64,000 bases of DNA, from positions 277,981-341,980 of the forward strand of contig CAVRUC010000005.1 in the NCBI GenBank assembly GCA_963724295.1, given 5' to 3'. A model generated the notes under the pieces. That model saw only the letters and a program-made list of their open reading frames with translations. It was not told where the DNA came from and ran no database searches. Position 1 is the first letter of the stretch; each line of letters begins with the position of its first letter. Shown piece by piece: positions 9,846 to 20,386 of this stretch. The position numbers and the translations under genes are program-made. Source of the DNA: an uncultured Chloroflexia bacterium. Its GTDB lineage: Bacteria; Chloroflexota; Chloroflexia; Thermomicrobiales; UBA6265.

Positions 9846-10775
9846 ATGCTGAACGTCGCGGACGCGGAAGCCTTCCTCGCGGCCCGCTTCGGGCGTGACA
9901 TCAGCGAGGTATCGCCCATTGGGCAAGGCGCATGGTCGCGCGCCTATGCGTTTCGACGTGACGGCACCGAGTACATCGTCCGCTTCAGCGCGCAGGATGA
10001 AGACTTTCGCAAAGACAGCATCGCGGCGCGGTACAGCTCGCGTGAATTGCCGATCCCAGCCGTCATCGAGATCGGTGAGACCGATGACGGCTTCTTCGCG
10101 ATTTCGGAACGTGCCGCGGGCGGGTTCCTCGACGATCTCGACCAGGGGAAAATGCGAGGGATGTTGCCGGCTCTTTTCGCCGCGCTCGACGCGACCCGGC
10201 AGGTCGATCTCTCGGTATCTTCCGGCTACGGCAGCTGGGGTGCGGACGGGAATGCACCGCATGCGAGCTGGCGCGCGGCATTGCTCGCCATCGCGGAGGA
10301 CCAGCCGGGCGAGCGAACACATGGCTGGCGCGAGCGTCTCGAAACCTCGCCCACGGGTTCCGAGCCGTTCAACGAAGCCTTTGCCCGCCTCGATGCGCTG
10401 ATTCCGGACGGAGCGGTGGAGCGGCATCTCATCCATAGCGACCTGCTCAATTTCAATGTCCTGGTCGAAGACGGCCGGATCAGCGCGGTCATCGATTGGG
10501 GCTGCGCGATGTACGGTGATTTTCTCTACGACCTCGCCTGGTTCGATTTCTGGTCGCCCTGGTATCCGGCCTGGCGCGGGATCGATTTTCGGGATGAGGC
10601 CGCGCGTCACTACAGGTCCATTGGCCTCGACGTACCGCGTTTCCAGGAGCGGTTGACTTGCTGCCAGATCCACATCGGCCTGGCAGCCCAGGCCTACAAC
10701 GCCTTCAAGGGGCGATGGGACGCGCTCGAAGTGACGGCGCGCCGCACGCTCGAGGTGGCACGCGTGGGTCGGTGA
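9846..10775 (+). CDS. Aminoglycoside phosphotransferase (APH)-family kinase
   Basis: GQGAWSRAY, HSDLLNFNVL, VIDWG, GDFLYDLA. Confidence 0.88.
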   Translation: MLNVADAEAFLAARFGRDISEVSPIGQGAWSRAYAFRRDGTEYIVRFSAQDEDFRKDSIAARYSSRELPIPAVIEIGETDDGFFAISERAAGGFLDDLDQGKMRGMLPALFAALDATRQVDLSVSSGYGSWGADGNAPHASWRAALLAIAEDQPGERTHGWRERLETSPTGSEPFNEAFARLDALIPDGAVERHLIHSDLLNFNVLVEDGRISAVIDWGCAMYGDFLYDLAWFDFWSPWYPAWRGIDFRDEAARHYRSIGLDVPRFQERLTCCQIHIGLAAQAYNAFKGRWDALEVTARRTLEVARVGR

Positions 10776-10923
10776 AGCGTGGCAACCGATTCGCCGAGAG
10801 CGGCGTTCGTGGCATAGGACAACCCTGCTCTGGTTGGAGCGGTTCGAACCGCAATTGACCCGAAAGCTTCTGCTGTTCAGACTGTTATCAGAAAGCATTC
10901 TCAGCATCTACATAAGGTCTGGC

Positions 10924-13329
10924 ATGGCCGCGCCTGCATCATCGTCACTCGCTGGAGAGCTCCCCATTCCGCGCACCCGGCTCATTGGCCGGGAAGCCGA
11001 GCGTGCCGCCGCACGGGCCTCTCTGCTAGAGGAGAACGACGCACTCCTGACCCTGACCGGTCCCGGCGGGGTGGGCAAGACGCGCCTGGCCCTGGCGATC
11101 GCCCATGACCTAACGTCGCGGTTCGCCGACGGCATTGCCTGGATTGATCTGGCCCCACTGCGCGATCCGGCGCTCTTGTCCGGCACTGTGGCCGAGGCGC
11201 TTGGGTTAGGCCCACCGGCTGGTAGCGCAGTCAAGCAGCAGCTCGCCGGCTACCTCCGCTCGCGCCAAACCTTGCTGCTTCTCGATAACTGCGAGCATGT
11301 CCTGGAAGAGACCGCGGATCTGATTGGATATCTTCTCTCTCGCTCACCCGCGATGCAGGTTCTCGCTACCAGCCGGGCACACCTGCGCGTCCGCGGCGAG
11401 CAGGTGCTGCCGGTTGAGCCCTTGCCCGTGCCCACGAGTGCGATGCTGTCGCTGGAGGAGGGCACGCGGAACGAGGCGGTCTGCCTCTTTGTCGAGCGGG
11501 CTCACGCCGTGCGCCCGGCCTTTGCTTTGACCGAGAGCAACACCTCCACGGTCGCGGCGCTCTGCCGGCAGCTGGATGGCTTACCACTGGCGATTGAGCT
11601 GGCGGCGGCGCGGACCACGACGCTGTCGCCGGAGGCCCTCCTGGCCCAGCTCAGCCACCGCCTCCACCTCCTGAGCGGGGGTGCGCGCGATCTCCCACCC
11701 CGGCAGCAAACCATGGCGGCCACCATCGCCTGGTCGTACGACCTACTGACTCCGAATGTGCAAGACCTCCTTCGGCGTCTTTCGGTCTTTGTCGGCGGGT
11801 TCACGCGGGAGGCCGTGCAGGCGATAGCGGCGTCCACGGTCCGAGAACCAGTTGAGATCGAGGCGAGTCTGGCCACGCTGGTCGACCAAAATCTGGTGCG
11901 ATGGACGGACGGGGACGACACATCCCGCTTCATGATGCTCGAGACGATCCGCGAGTACGCGTGGGGTCAGCTCACTGCCAGTGCCGAGAGGACAGCCGCT
12001 CGTGACGCCCATGCCGCCTACTTCCTGGCCCTGGCCGAAGAAGCGATGCCGTACCTCACGAGCACCGCGGACCCAGTCTGGCTCGATAGACTGGAAGCCG
12101 AGCACGACAATCTGCTAGCGGCGCTGGGTTGGCTTGCCGACAGCGGTGAAGTCGCCGCGACCGTTCGCCTCGCCGGGGCGCTCGGCTGGTTCTGGTACTA
12201 CCACGGTCACTTTCAGGAAGGCCGGGCCTGGCTGGAACACGCGCTGGCCATGGATGCAGACGATGCGACTGGCACCGCACCGGTGGCCGCCCGCGCGGAC
12301 GTGTTGGTCGGGCTTGGCGTGTTGCTGCATACCCTGGGTGAGGGCGATCGGGCGGTGACACTCCTGCGGACGGGGGCGGCGCTGCGGCTGGCGGAGGGCG
12401 ACGACTTGGGGAGGGCCTACGCGGAGAGCCTGCGCGGCGGTGCCCTGGTCAGTCTCGGCCGGTACGACGAAGCCGAGAGTATTTTCGTAGAGGTGCTTCC
12501 GTCCTACACAGGTCACGTGATGGCTGGCCATGCGCTCTTCCACCTTGGTCTGGTCGCCTACACGCAAGACGATCCTGAGCGGGCGAGAGCGCTCTTCCTT
12601 GAGGCAGTAGAGCTGTTCGATGCGAGGCAGTCCTGGCTCGACGCCATCGAGCCCCTGCACTATCTCGGGTTGAATGCCTGTGCGGCGGACGATCTTCCGG
12701 CCGCGGCGACTTTCTTTGGAGAAGCACTCGTCCGGTTGCGCGTTCGCCGCAGCCGGGTCGACTTTGCAAACGGGTTCGCGGACGTGGCTACCCTGGCGGC
12801 GGCGCATGGCGACTTGGTGGCCGCCGCCCGCCTCTTGGGCGCCGCCGACGCAATCCGGCGGGAGGATGGGGCACCATTCCCACTGCCGGCCCGCATCGCC
12901 TATGAGCGCGTGGCAGATCATGCCCGGGTCGAACTAGGCGACGCGGCGTGGTCGGCCGCGTATGCCGCAGGGGCAGCGCTGTCGCTGGATCACGCGCTGC
13001 TCGAGGCAGAGGCGGCCGTGAGGGCCGATGCCACTTCACCACCGGCGGCGGCTGCCGCGTCTCAGGATCTCCAGACCGAGCCTTCTGCCACGGAGACCGC
13101 AGCGGCGATCCTCACCCGGCGCGAGCGCGACGTTCTGGGGCTGCTCTGCCAGCGTCTGACCGACCCGGAGATCGCCGCGGCTCTTTTCCTGAGCCCGCGA
13201 ACGGCTAGTAACCACGTGGCCAATATCCTGGCCAAGCTGGGCGCGGCAAACCGCCGCGAAGCCGCCGCCCTTGCTGCCCGTCACGGGCTGATCCAGGCCC
13301 TCTCAGCCGCGGACCCCAGAACTAAGTAG
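10924..13329 (+). CDS. ATPase (NB-ARC-like)/TPR/LuxR-HTH transcriptional regulator
   Basis: GPGGVGKTRLA, LLLDNCEH, LDGLPLAIELAAAR, C-terminal LTRRERDVL...IAAALFLS.RT..NHV.NIL.KLG. Confidence 0.92.
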   Translation: MAAPASSSLAGELPIPRTRLIGREAERAAARASLLEENDALLTLTGPGGVGKTRLALAIAHDLTSRFADGIAWIDLAPLRDPALLSGTVAEALGLGPPAGSAVKQQLAGYLRSRQTLLLLDNCEHVLEETADLIGYLLSRSPAMQVLATSRAHLRVRGEQVLPVEPLPVPTSAMLSLEEGTRNEAVCLFVERAHAVRPAFALTESNTSTVAALCRQLDGLPLAIELAAARTTTLSPEALLAQLSHRLHLLSGGARDLPPRQQTMAATIAWSYDLLTPNVQDLLRRLSVFVGGFTREAVQAIAASTVREPVEIEASLATLVDQNLVRWTDGDDTSRFMMLETIREYAWGQLTASAERTAARDAHAAYFLALAEEAMPYLTSTADPVWLDRLEAEHDNLLAALGWLADSGEVAATVRLAGALGWFWYYHGHFQEGRAWLEHALAMDADDATGTAPVAARADVLVGLGVLLHTLGEGDRAVTLLRTGAALRLAEGDDLGRAYAESLRGGALVSLGRYDEAESIFVEVLPSYTGHVMAGHALFHLGLVAYTQDDPERARALFLEAVELFDARQSWLDAIEPLHYLGLNACAADDLPAAATFFGEALVRLRVRRSRVDFANGFADVATLAAAHGDLVAAARLLGAADAIRREDGAPFPLPARIAYERVADHARVELGDAAWSAAYAAGAALSLDHALLEAEAAVRADATSPPAAAAASQDLQTEPSATETAAAILTRRERDVLGLLCQRLTDPEIAAALFLSPRTASNHVANILAKLGAANRREAAALAARHGLIQALSAADPRTK

Positions 13330-13433
13330 GTTTCCGAGTAGGTCTTGCTCATGCCAGGAGCGCGCATCGAGCGCACTCTAAGAGCACGGCAGCGAGCCGA
13401 TGAACGTGTGGCGTGAAGGATGAGGTGAACCCC

Positions 13434-14867
13434 ATGAGCGTGATCTCCCCGGCAGCGACGTCACGGACCTTCGACCCCGGCGTCATTGCCAACTTGCGCG
13501 AGGCGCTCACCGGAAGCGTGGTCATCCCGAGCGACCCGGAATACGACCACGCCCGCGCCGTCTGGAACGGCATGATCGATCGCTACCCGGCTCTCGTTGC
13601 ACGCTGTGCCACGGCCGGCGACGTGATCGCGGCCGTGGCCTTCGCCTTAGCCCACGACCTGCCGGTGGCGGTGCGCGGCGGCGGACACAGCGTGGCGGGA
13701 CATTCGACCTGCGACGGCGGCATCGTGATCGATCTTTCACCGATGAAGCAGATCGACGTCGATCCTAATGCTCGCATCGCCCGTGCCGGTGCGGGCGTAA
13801 CCTGGGGTGAGCTTGACTCGGCTACGCAAGAGTACGGGCTGGCGACCCCGGGTGGGGTCTTCTCCCGTACCGGCATCGCCGGCCTGACCCTCGGCGGCGG
13901 CTACGGCTGGCTGAGCGCGACGTACGGTCTCTCATGCGACAACTTGATCGAGGCCGAGGTGGTCACCGCCGACGGCCGGGTGATCGTCACCAGCGAGGAG
14001 GAGAACCCTGAGCTTCTTTGGGGATTGCGCGGCGGCGGCGGCAATTTCGGGATCGTCACCCGGTTCACCTACTGGCTCCATCCTGTCGAACCACAGTCGT
14101 ATCTCGCCGTCGTCCTCCATGATGGTGAGGGCGAGGCGACGGAGCGGGCATTGCGGTTTTATCGCGACTTCTGTGCCGCGGCGCCTGACGAGGTCAATCT
14201 GATTGCGGTCTGCGGTGTGGTGCCCGCCCACGAGGGGGTGTACCCGATAGCAACCCATGGCCGGCGGTACGTGATGCTCGGCGGGCACTACGTCGGACCA
14301 GCCGCCGAGGGCGAGCGCATCCTGCGGCCGCTGCGCGAGTTTGCCGAGCCGCTCGTCGATTTCAGCGGCGACATGCCGTACGTCGACGTCCAGCAGCTGT
14401 GGGACGAGGAGTATCCCGACGGGGACCGCTACTACTGGAAATCACTGAATATGTCTCGATTCGATGACGAAGCCATCACCCGCATCGCCACCCATGCCCC
14501 CAGGCAGCCCTCGCCCCTGAGCACGACCGACATCTGGCACGTGGGCGGCGCGGTCAAGCGGGCGCCGGCGGACGGGAGCGCCTTCCGTGGCCGAAATGCC
14601 GCTTTTCTGCTCAGCCCGTCGAGCCACTGGGTCGATGCGACCGATGACGCAAGCAACGTAGGATGGGCACGTGAGTTCATTGCCGCCATGGAGCCCTACT
14701 CCGACGGCAGCCGCTACCTGAACTTTGCTGGCTTCCAGGAGGAAGGCGAGGCGATGATGCGCTCAAGCTTCGGTCCACACTATGAGCGGCTGCTCACGCT
14801 GAAGCGGCGCTACGACCCGACGAACCTCTTTCGTCTCAATCAGAACATCGACCCGGCCGGTGGCTGA
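13434..14867 (+). CDS. FAD-linked oxidase, berberine-bridge-enzyme type
   Basis: VRGGGHS, GLTLGGGYG, RGGGGNFGIVT, YLNF, KRRYDPTNLFRLNQNI. Confidence 0.93.
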   Translation: MSVISPAATSRTFDPGVIANLREALTGSVVIPSDPEYDHARAVWNGMIDRYPALVARCATAGDVIAAVAFALAHDLPVAVRGGGHSVAGHSTCDGGIVIDLSPMKQIDVDPNARIARAGAGVTWGELDSATQEYGLATPGGVFSRTGIAGLTLGGGYGWLSATYGLSCDNLIEAEVVTADGRVIVTSEEENPELLWGLRGGGGNFGIVTRFTYWLHPVEPQSYLAVVLHDGEGEATERALRFYRDFCAAAPDEVNLIAVCGVVPAHEGVYPIATHGRRYVMLGGHYVGPAAEGERILRPLREFAEPLVDFSGDMPYVDVQQLWDEEYPDGDRYYWKSLNMSRFDDEAITRIATHAPRQPSPLSTTDIWHVGGAVKRAPADGSAFRGRNAAFLLSPSSHWVDATDDASNVGWAREFIAAMEPYSDGSRYLNFAGFQEEGEAMMRSSFGPHYERLLTLKRRYDPTNLFRLNQNIDPAGG

Positions 14868-14897
14868 TGGCCCGCCGATCACCCTGACCCGCCACAA

Positions 14898-16271
14898 TCA
14901 TGAGCCACCGCTGCGACGGACCGCGGCGATGGCTCCGGTAGCCAGTAACAAGAGCGGACCGCCGATCCCAACCACGGCGCCGACCAGTGCGAGCGTCATT
15001 GGTGGGCCAAAGCGTGGAGTGAGCCACCCGACAAGACCGAACCCGGCCGCTCCGGCGAGGGTGACCGCGCCCAACCAGGTCGCGTAGACGCGGCCTCGCA
15101 TGCCATCTGGAACCGCCTCTGCCAGATACGTCTGCATGGCGATGACCGCCCAGGCATCGGTGAAGCCGAGGATGAACAGGCAGGCGAAGAGGACGGGCAG
15201 CGGCGGCGTGAACCCGGCCGGGACGAGCATCAGCGGCGCCAGGTACCCGATCGCCATCAGCCGCATGCGACCGATCCGCTTTTCCACGGTTCGCGCCACC
15301 AAGGCCCCAAGCGCGGTCCCGGCGGCGAAGGTCGCCGTCAGCAGCGAGAAGACAGTGGCGGCGTCATCGCCGAGGCGTAACGTCTCTTCGACAAAGAGAA
15401 GGATGCCGACGACCAGCGCGGCGGTCACCAATTGCCAGAGCATCTCGACCGCGGTGATGCCGCGCACGATCGCGTTGTCGCGCACCACCCGCAGTCCGTC
15501 CGCGATCTCGCGCCGAACTGCCTCAGCAAGGCTTGTCGTCCTTTCCTCGCGTTGGACCGGTGGCAGCACGACCCCGGCGATGCAGCCGGCGGAAACGAGA
15601 AAGCAAAGCGACTGCAGACCAAACGCCGGTCGTGGTCCCAGCGCGGCGATGACGCCGGCGGCCAGAGCAGGGCCGACGATGCGGACGATGCTGGCCGCCA
15701 CCTGGGACACGGAGAGCGCCGGCACCAGCTGGCCCGGCGGCACGACCATGGGCACGGCGGCCAGCTCGGCTGGGCGAGCGAGGGCGTTGCCGACGGCGAC
15801 CATCATCGCCAGGAGCGCGATCTGCCAGGCACTATTCGTAAACGGTAGCAGCGCGACGAGCCCGGCCCGGCCGAGATCGGCGCCTAGGACGATGCGGCGT
15901 CGATCCAGGCTGTCGGCAAGCATGCCGGCGATCGGGGCGAGCACCACGCGCGGCAGCAGCTGCAGGATGAAGATCAGGCTGAGCAATTCCGCGGAGCCGG
16001 TCAGCCCGTAAACGAGCAACGGCATCGCCACGAGGGCGATCGCTTCACCAAGCTGGGAACCCAGCTGCGCCAGCCAGAGCCGCCTGAACGCCGGAATGGC
16101 GAGGACGCCGCGAAATCCACCGCGACCGGGCGCCTCAGCGATCCCCTCCTCGATTGAGCTCGATGCGGTCGCACTCGGACCAGTGGCGTTCGGTGTAATG
16201 GAACCTCGCCCTCCTGACCCATGCTTGCGTCGGTCGGTCGCCAGCGGCGATTGTCGGCGATCTGATGGCAT
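14898..16271 (-). CDS. MFS transporter (H+ antiporter-3/DHA3-like)
   Basis: About 12 hydrophobic segments, FRRLWLAQ, G.LADSLDRRRI, MRGRV. Confidence 0.9.
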   Translation of the reverse strand: MPSDRRQSPLATDRRKHGSGGRGSITPNATGPSATASSSIEEGIAEAPGRGGFRGVLAIPAFRRLWLAQLGSQLGEAIALVAMPLLVYGLTGSAELLSLIFILQLLPRVVLAPIAGMLADSLDRRRIVLGADLGRAGLVALLPFTNSAWQIALLAMMVAVGNALARPAELAAVPMVVPPGQLVPALSVSQVAASIVRIVGPALAAGVIAALGPRPAFGLQSLCFLVSAGCIAGVVLPPVQREERTTSLAEAVRREIADGLRVVRDNAIVRGITAVEMLWQLVTAALVVGILLFVEETLRLGDDAATVFSLLTATFAAGTALGALVARTVEKRIGRMRLMAIGYLAPLMLVPAGFTPPLPVLFACLFILGFTDAWAVIAMQTYLAEAVPDGMRGRVYATWLGAVTLAGAAGFGLVGWLTPRFGPPMTLALVGAVVGIGGPLLLLATGAIAAVRRSGGS

Positions 16272-16360
16272 CTCGGGTGTTGGTGTGTCTCTCGTTATCT
16301 ATTGAGATCGTGCCAGCAAAGGCGTAGAATCGCCGTTGGATCTATACATCCAGCCGCAAC

Positions 16361-17818
16361 ATGAACGGGATTCGACCGCCTGATGGTCGGGGGAGCAGTT
16401 CCGTGTCTCGCCAGATCCTCTTTGAACGCGTCGCGGGGCCGGGGCCGCTGAGATTGATTCTCGCCGTCGTGCTGATGACGCTTCTGGTCGTCGCTGGCTC
16501 GGTCCTCACCGGTGTCCGTCCGTGGCCGCTGGTCGGCACGACGATGGCCAGAGCGCCAGAGATCCACGAGGTCGTCTTGACGGCAGAGGAGATCGACTGG
16601 GAGATCATGCCGGGCACGACAGTGCGGGCCTGGGCCTACAACGGCCAGATGCCCGGACCGGTCGTTCGCGTCCGTGAGGGCGACCTGGTGCGCATCACCT
16701 TGCGCAACCACTTGCCGGTCGGCACGACGATCCACTGGCACGGGGTCAACCTGGCGCCGGAGATGGACGGTCCGGTCGGTCTCAACCAGGCCGCCGTCGA
16801 GCCGGGCGAAGACTTCGTCTACGAATTCGTCGCCACCCCGGGCGGCACCCGCTGGTACCACTCGCACGCCGACCCCACGGCCCAGATCGCGCTTGGCCTC
16901 TACGGTGCCCTGATCGTCGAGCCGCAGGAGCCAATGCGCACCTACGACCGAGACTACACCTACATCCTGAACGAGTGGGACTTGGAGTTAACGCCAGACG
17001 TGGCGACCGGCAAGACGCCACGGGGTGTGCGCGACCAGATCCTCCGCGGTGGCGAGTTGGGGACAGATCTGTTTCTGATGAACGGTCACGCCCATGAGAG
17101 CATCCCGCCGATCAAGCTCGCCGAGGGAGACCGCGTTCTGATCCGGCTGATCAACGCCGGGAACCTGCCCCACGCCATCCACACCCACGGCCACTCCTTC
17201 AAGATCGTCGCCACCGATGGCAACGACGTCCCGGAGGGGATGGCGCTTGTCAAGGACACCGTGCTCATCGGACCCGGCGAGCGCTACGACCTGGAGCTCG
17301 ATGGAAGTAACCCCGGGGTGTGGATGTTCCATTGCCACATGGAGAACCACGCCGCCAACGGGATGATGTCCCTCATTCAGTACGATGGGGCGGTTCCGAC
17401 TGGTCCCGTGGGCGCGTTCTTCACCCCCGATGGTGGCGTGGCCGCTGGGGCATCCGAGCACATGCATGGTGTACCCACCGCTGTTCCTGCCTCCGAGAAG
17501 GAGGTTGTCCCCGACAGCGGTGATCCTGCTAGTGGGGCAGATACGTCGCAATCACCGAGCACTGAGGTCGAGATCGCCTTGGTCGATGACCGATTCGACC
17601 CGCCGGAGTTAACCATCCCGGTGGGAACCACGGTGCGGTTTGTGAACCGTGGGGCGAACTGGCACAGTGTCGCTGCCTTCGATGGCAGCTTCGATTCGGG
17701 CCGGGTTGACCCGGGGAGCTCGTTCGCGGTGCGGCTCGACGTTCCGGGCGTGTACGACATCATCTGCAAGCATCATGGGCTGCGGGGGATGGTGGGCCGC
17801 ATTACTGTCACCGAGTGA
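16361..17818 (+). CDS. Two-domain multicopper oxidase fused to a C-terminal cupredoxin
   Basis: HWHG, WYHSH, HAIHTHGH, HCHMENHAANGM; extra domain WHSV...CKHHGLRGM; N-terminal hydrophobic anchor. Confidence 0.9.
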   Translation: MNGIRPPDGRGSSSVSRQILFERVAGPGPLRLILAVVLMTLLVVAGSVLTGVRPWPLVGTTMARAPEIHEVVLTAEEIDWEIMPGTTVRAWAYNGQMPGPVVRVREGDLVRITLRNHLPVGTTIHWHGVNLAPEMDGPVGLNQAAVEPGEDFVYEFVATPGGTRWYHSHADPTAQIALGLYGALIVEPQEPMRTYDRDYTYILNEWDLELTPDVATGKTPRGVRDQILRGGELGTDLFLMNGHAHESIPPIKLAEGDRVLIRLINAGNLPHAIHTHGHSFKIVATDGNDVPEGMALVKDTVLIGPGERYDLELDGSNPGVWMFHCHMENHAANGMMSLIQYDGAVPTGPVGAFFTPDGGVAAGASEHMHGVPTAVPASEKEVVPDSGDPASGADTSQSPSTEVEIALVDDRFDPPELTIPVGTTVRFVNRGANWHSVAAFDGSFDSGRVDPGSSFAVRLDVPGVYDIICKHHGLRGMVGRITVTE

Positions 17819-17959
17819 ATCGTCACCGGGCGACCTGCCGATTCGGGTAAAGGAGGTAAGCGGCGAGCGATACAACGGCAGTGACCTGGCGGGAAGCATC
17901 TTCTTGAATCCGACGACGAGATCCCGGCATCGACGAGCTAACTAACAAGGAGCACCACT

Positions 17960-19249
17960 ATGGACAGCACCAGGCACCGAATGGCGGCACAGGTTCTCCG
18001 GCGCTACCGGGCGGGAAAAATGCCCCGGCGTGAAGCCCTCCGGCTGCTCGGCGCACTCGGTCTGACGACCGCCGGAATTGGCGCGTTCGGGCTCGCAGCC
18101 GTCAGCACGAAGTCAACCAGCGCTGGCTCGGTGGCTCGCGGCGGGGTGCACGCCGGGCACGGCAGCCTGTACGCGGCGTTACTGGGGCAAGATCCCGGAA
18201 CACCCGCTGCCGTCGCTCCACCCACTCCTGGCGAGCAACCCGATGGCACGTACCTGTGGCGGGTGCAGGTGGCTGGCACGGATGAGGAGAATCTCATCGA
18301 TACGCAGGCCTTCTTCCCGAAGGAGATCACGATCAATGCCGGTGACGAGATTTACTTCGAGTTTCCGAACCCACCGGGATTCCACACGGTGACGTTCCTA
18401 TCCGGCGAAGAGGTGCCGCCACTGTTCGTTCCCGACGAGGAGGGAGCCCCGACGGCGAGCCCAGCGGCCGGGCCGCCGACGTTAGTGCTCAACCCCCAAG
18501 TGGCGTTCCACTCGGGGCAGGACACCTATGACGGCACTGGTTTCCTCAACTCCGGTCTCGACGTGGTGCGACTCCCGGGTGACCCGCCCTTCGTGCTCAC
18601 CTTCACCACGCCGGGTACGTACGAATACCAGTGCATCCCGCACGGGGTCGTGATGAAGGCCACTGTCATCGTCCAGGAGGCGGGAACTGCGCACCCGGAG
18701 GACCAGGCTGCCGTCGATGCCCGCGCGGAGGAGGAGCGCGCCGCCCTCATCGAGGAGGGGATGGCCGAGACCGCCGAGTACGCCGAGGCCGTCGCGACTG
18801 CTCGCGACGACGGGACCACGCTCTGGGAGGTTGCCGCCGGCGCCGGTGAGGGACAGGCGCGGGTGCTGCGGTTCCTGCCTGATGCGCTCGAGATCAAGGC
18901 CGGCGATACGGTGCGCTGGGTCAATCATTCGAAGACCGAGCCGCACACGGTGACATTCCTCGGCGCCGGTGTTGAGCAGCCGGAGGATATCGCCGTCGAG
19001 CCGCAGCCGGACGGACCGCCGAAGATCATCCAGAACCCACTGACGCTCTTCCCTCAGGGGGGTGATGTCTATAGCGGCGAGGGCTATGTCAATTCCGGGT
19101 TCCTGGGTGAGCTCAATGGCGAACCGTTGCCCGGCGGCACTGAGTACGAGCTGACCTTCGATACCGCCGGGGAGTTCCCCTATTACTGCATCCTCCACGC
19201 CAGTGGGCCGGAAGGACCGGGCATGGCCGGTACGATTACCGTGACGTAG
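17960..19249 (+). CDS. Exported tandem cupredoxin (two type-1 Cu domains)
   Basis: Tat-like RREALR leader; HTVTF...CIPHGVVM and HTVTF...CILH...GM. Confidence 0.85.
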   Translation: MDSTRHRMAAQVLRRYRAGKMPRREALRLLGALGLTTAGIGAFGLAAVSTKSTSAGSVARGGVHAGHGSLYAALLGQDPGTPAAVAPPTPGEQPDGTYLWRVQVAGTDEENLIDTQAFFPKEITINAGDEIYFEFPNPPGFHTVTFLSGEEVPPLFVPDEEGAPTASPAAGPPTLVLNPQVAFHSGQDTYDGTGFLNSGLDVVRLPGDPPFVLTFTTPGTYEYQCIPHGVVMKATVIVQEAGTAHPEDQAAVDARAEEERAALIEEGMAETAEYAEAVATARDDGTTLWEVAAGAGEGQARVLRFLPDALEIKAGDTVRWVNHSKTEPHTVTFLGAGVEQPEDIAVEPQPDGPPKIIQNPLTLFPQGGDVYSGEGYVNSGFLGELNGEPLPGGTEYELTFDTAGEFPYYCILHASGPEGPGMAGTITVT

Positions 19250-19274
19250 GGAGCCGCGCAGTTGCTGCCTTCAC

Positions 19275-19299
19275 CCCTCCCCGGGATCCCGGGGAGGGG
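19275..19299 (+). terminator. GC hairpin after the cupredoxin gene
   Basis: cccctccccggga-tcccggggagggg inverted repeat; no clear U-tract. Confidence 0.45.
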
Positions 19300-19481
19300 A
19301 TACGCGTGCCAACTCCAACATGATGGAGTGAAACCTGTGCCATTGCTGCCGCGTATGCAGAATAGAGGTCCGGCGCACTGGCCAGGACGTGACGGCAAGC
19401 GCCGGATGGTCGCAGAGTATGCTTGGGGCCGGGTTCAGGTTCTGCCCGCTCCAATGATCCCGGAACCCGCGGAGGGAATTC

Positions 19482-20284
19482 GTGTCCGTTCTGACGACTA
19501 AGCGAAATCGGCGTTTGCTCCTCGCGGAGCTGGCGGCCGCTGCAGTGACTGCGCTGTCCGGGATCCGTCCGGGTCCGGCCACCGCTCAGGGCGGCGAAGT
19601 AACCCCGGATGGCCGCACCTACACGGCGTACGTGCCGGCGGCAACCAAGACCGGGCAGTTTTATCAGTACTCGTGTGAATTCGACGCCTCATGGGTCGTC
19701 CTGGCCACGTTCGGCAAGGACGTGTCGTTCGAGGAGCAATTGGACGTCGTCGGGCATGACATTTCGGTCGAGCCGTACTTCGAGGAGACCGCGGAGGGCT
19801 TCGTCATCTACGGCGGTGACATCACCAGTGCCTTCTGTGGCGACTACACGAGCAATATGCTGGCGCGGTCGACCGGCACCGCCTTCCTGCCCCTCTTCGA
19901 GCATTACGGACTCGGGGCCGAAACGGTGAAGACGCGCGAGGAGATCGAAGCTGCCCTGGACCGGAGCGGCCTGGTCTGGACGAAGGCCACGGTCGACTTC
20001 CAGCCCTGGGCGGACACGACCTGGCTACACCGAGTGGTAAGTCGGTGCCAACCGTGCTTGGCAACGACCACGCGGTCGTGGTCATGGGCTACAACGATGA
20101 TGGCGTGGTCATCCGGGACGTTCTGGGCCCAACCAATACCAATTGGGAGCGGGCGTACGAATACGATGTCCCCTGGGAGACCTTCCTCGCCGTCTTCGAA
20201 GCCCAGGGTTCAGACGGTGTCGCCGTCTTCCCCCCGGATGACGAGTCAGCCTCCCCGCTCCGTACGATCCAACCGGCTGGCTAG
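19482..20284 (+). CDS. Tat-exported C39-like cysteine peptidase; frameshift near 20030
   Basis: NRRLLL signal; Q.YQYSCE nucleophile motif; second frame HAVVVMGY...IRD. Confidence 0.7.
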
Positions 20285-20386
20285 ATCGAACCGGCGGATC
20301 CCCTGAAGATCTGCTGCTCGAGCCGAGACACAGCGCCATCAACGAGTCACGTCGTCTATGCAAGTCAGGCGACGTCGGTGTGGCTC

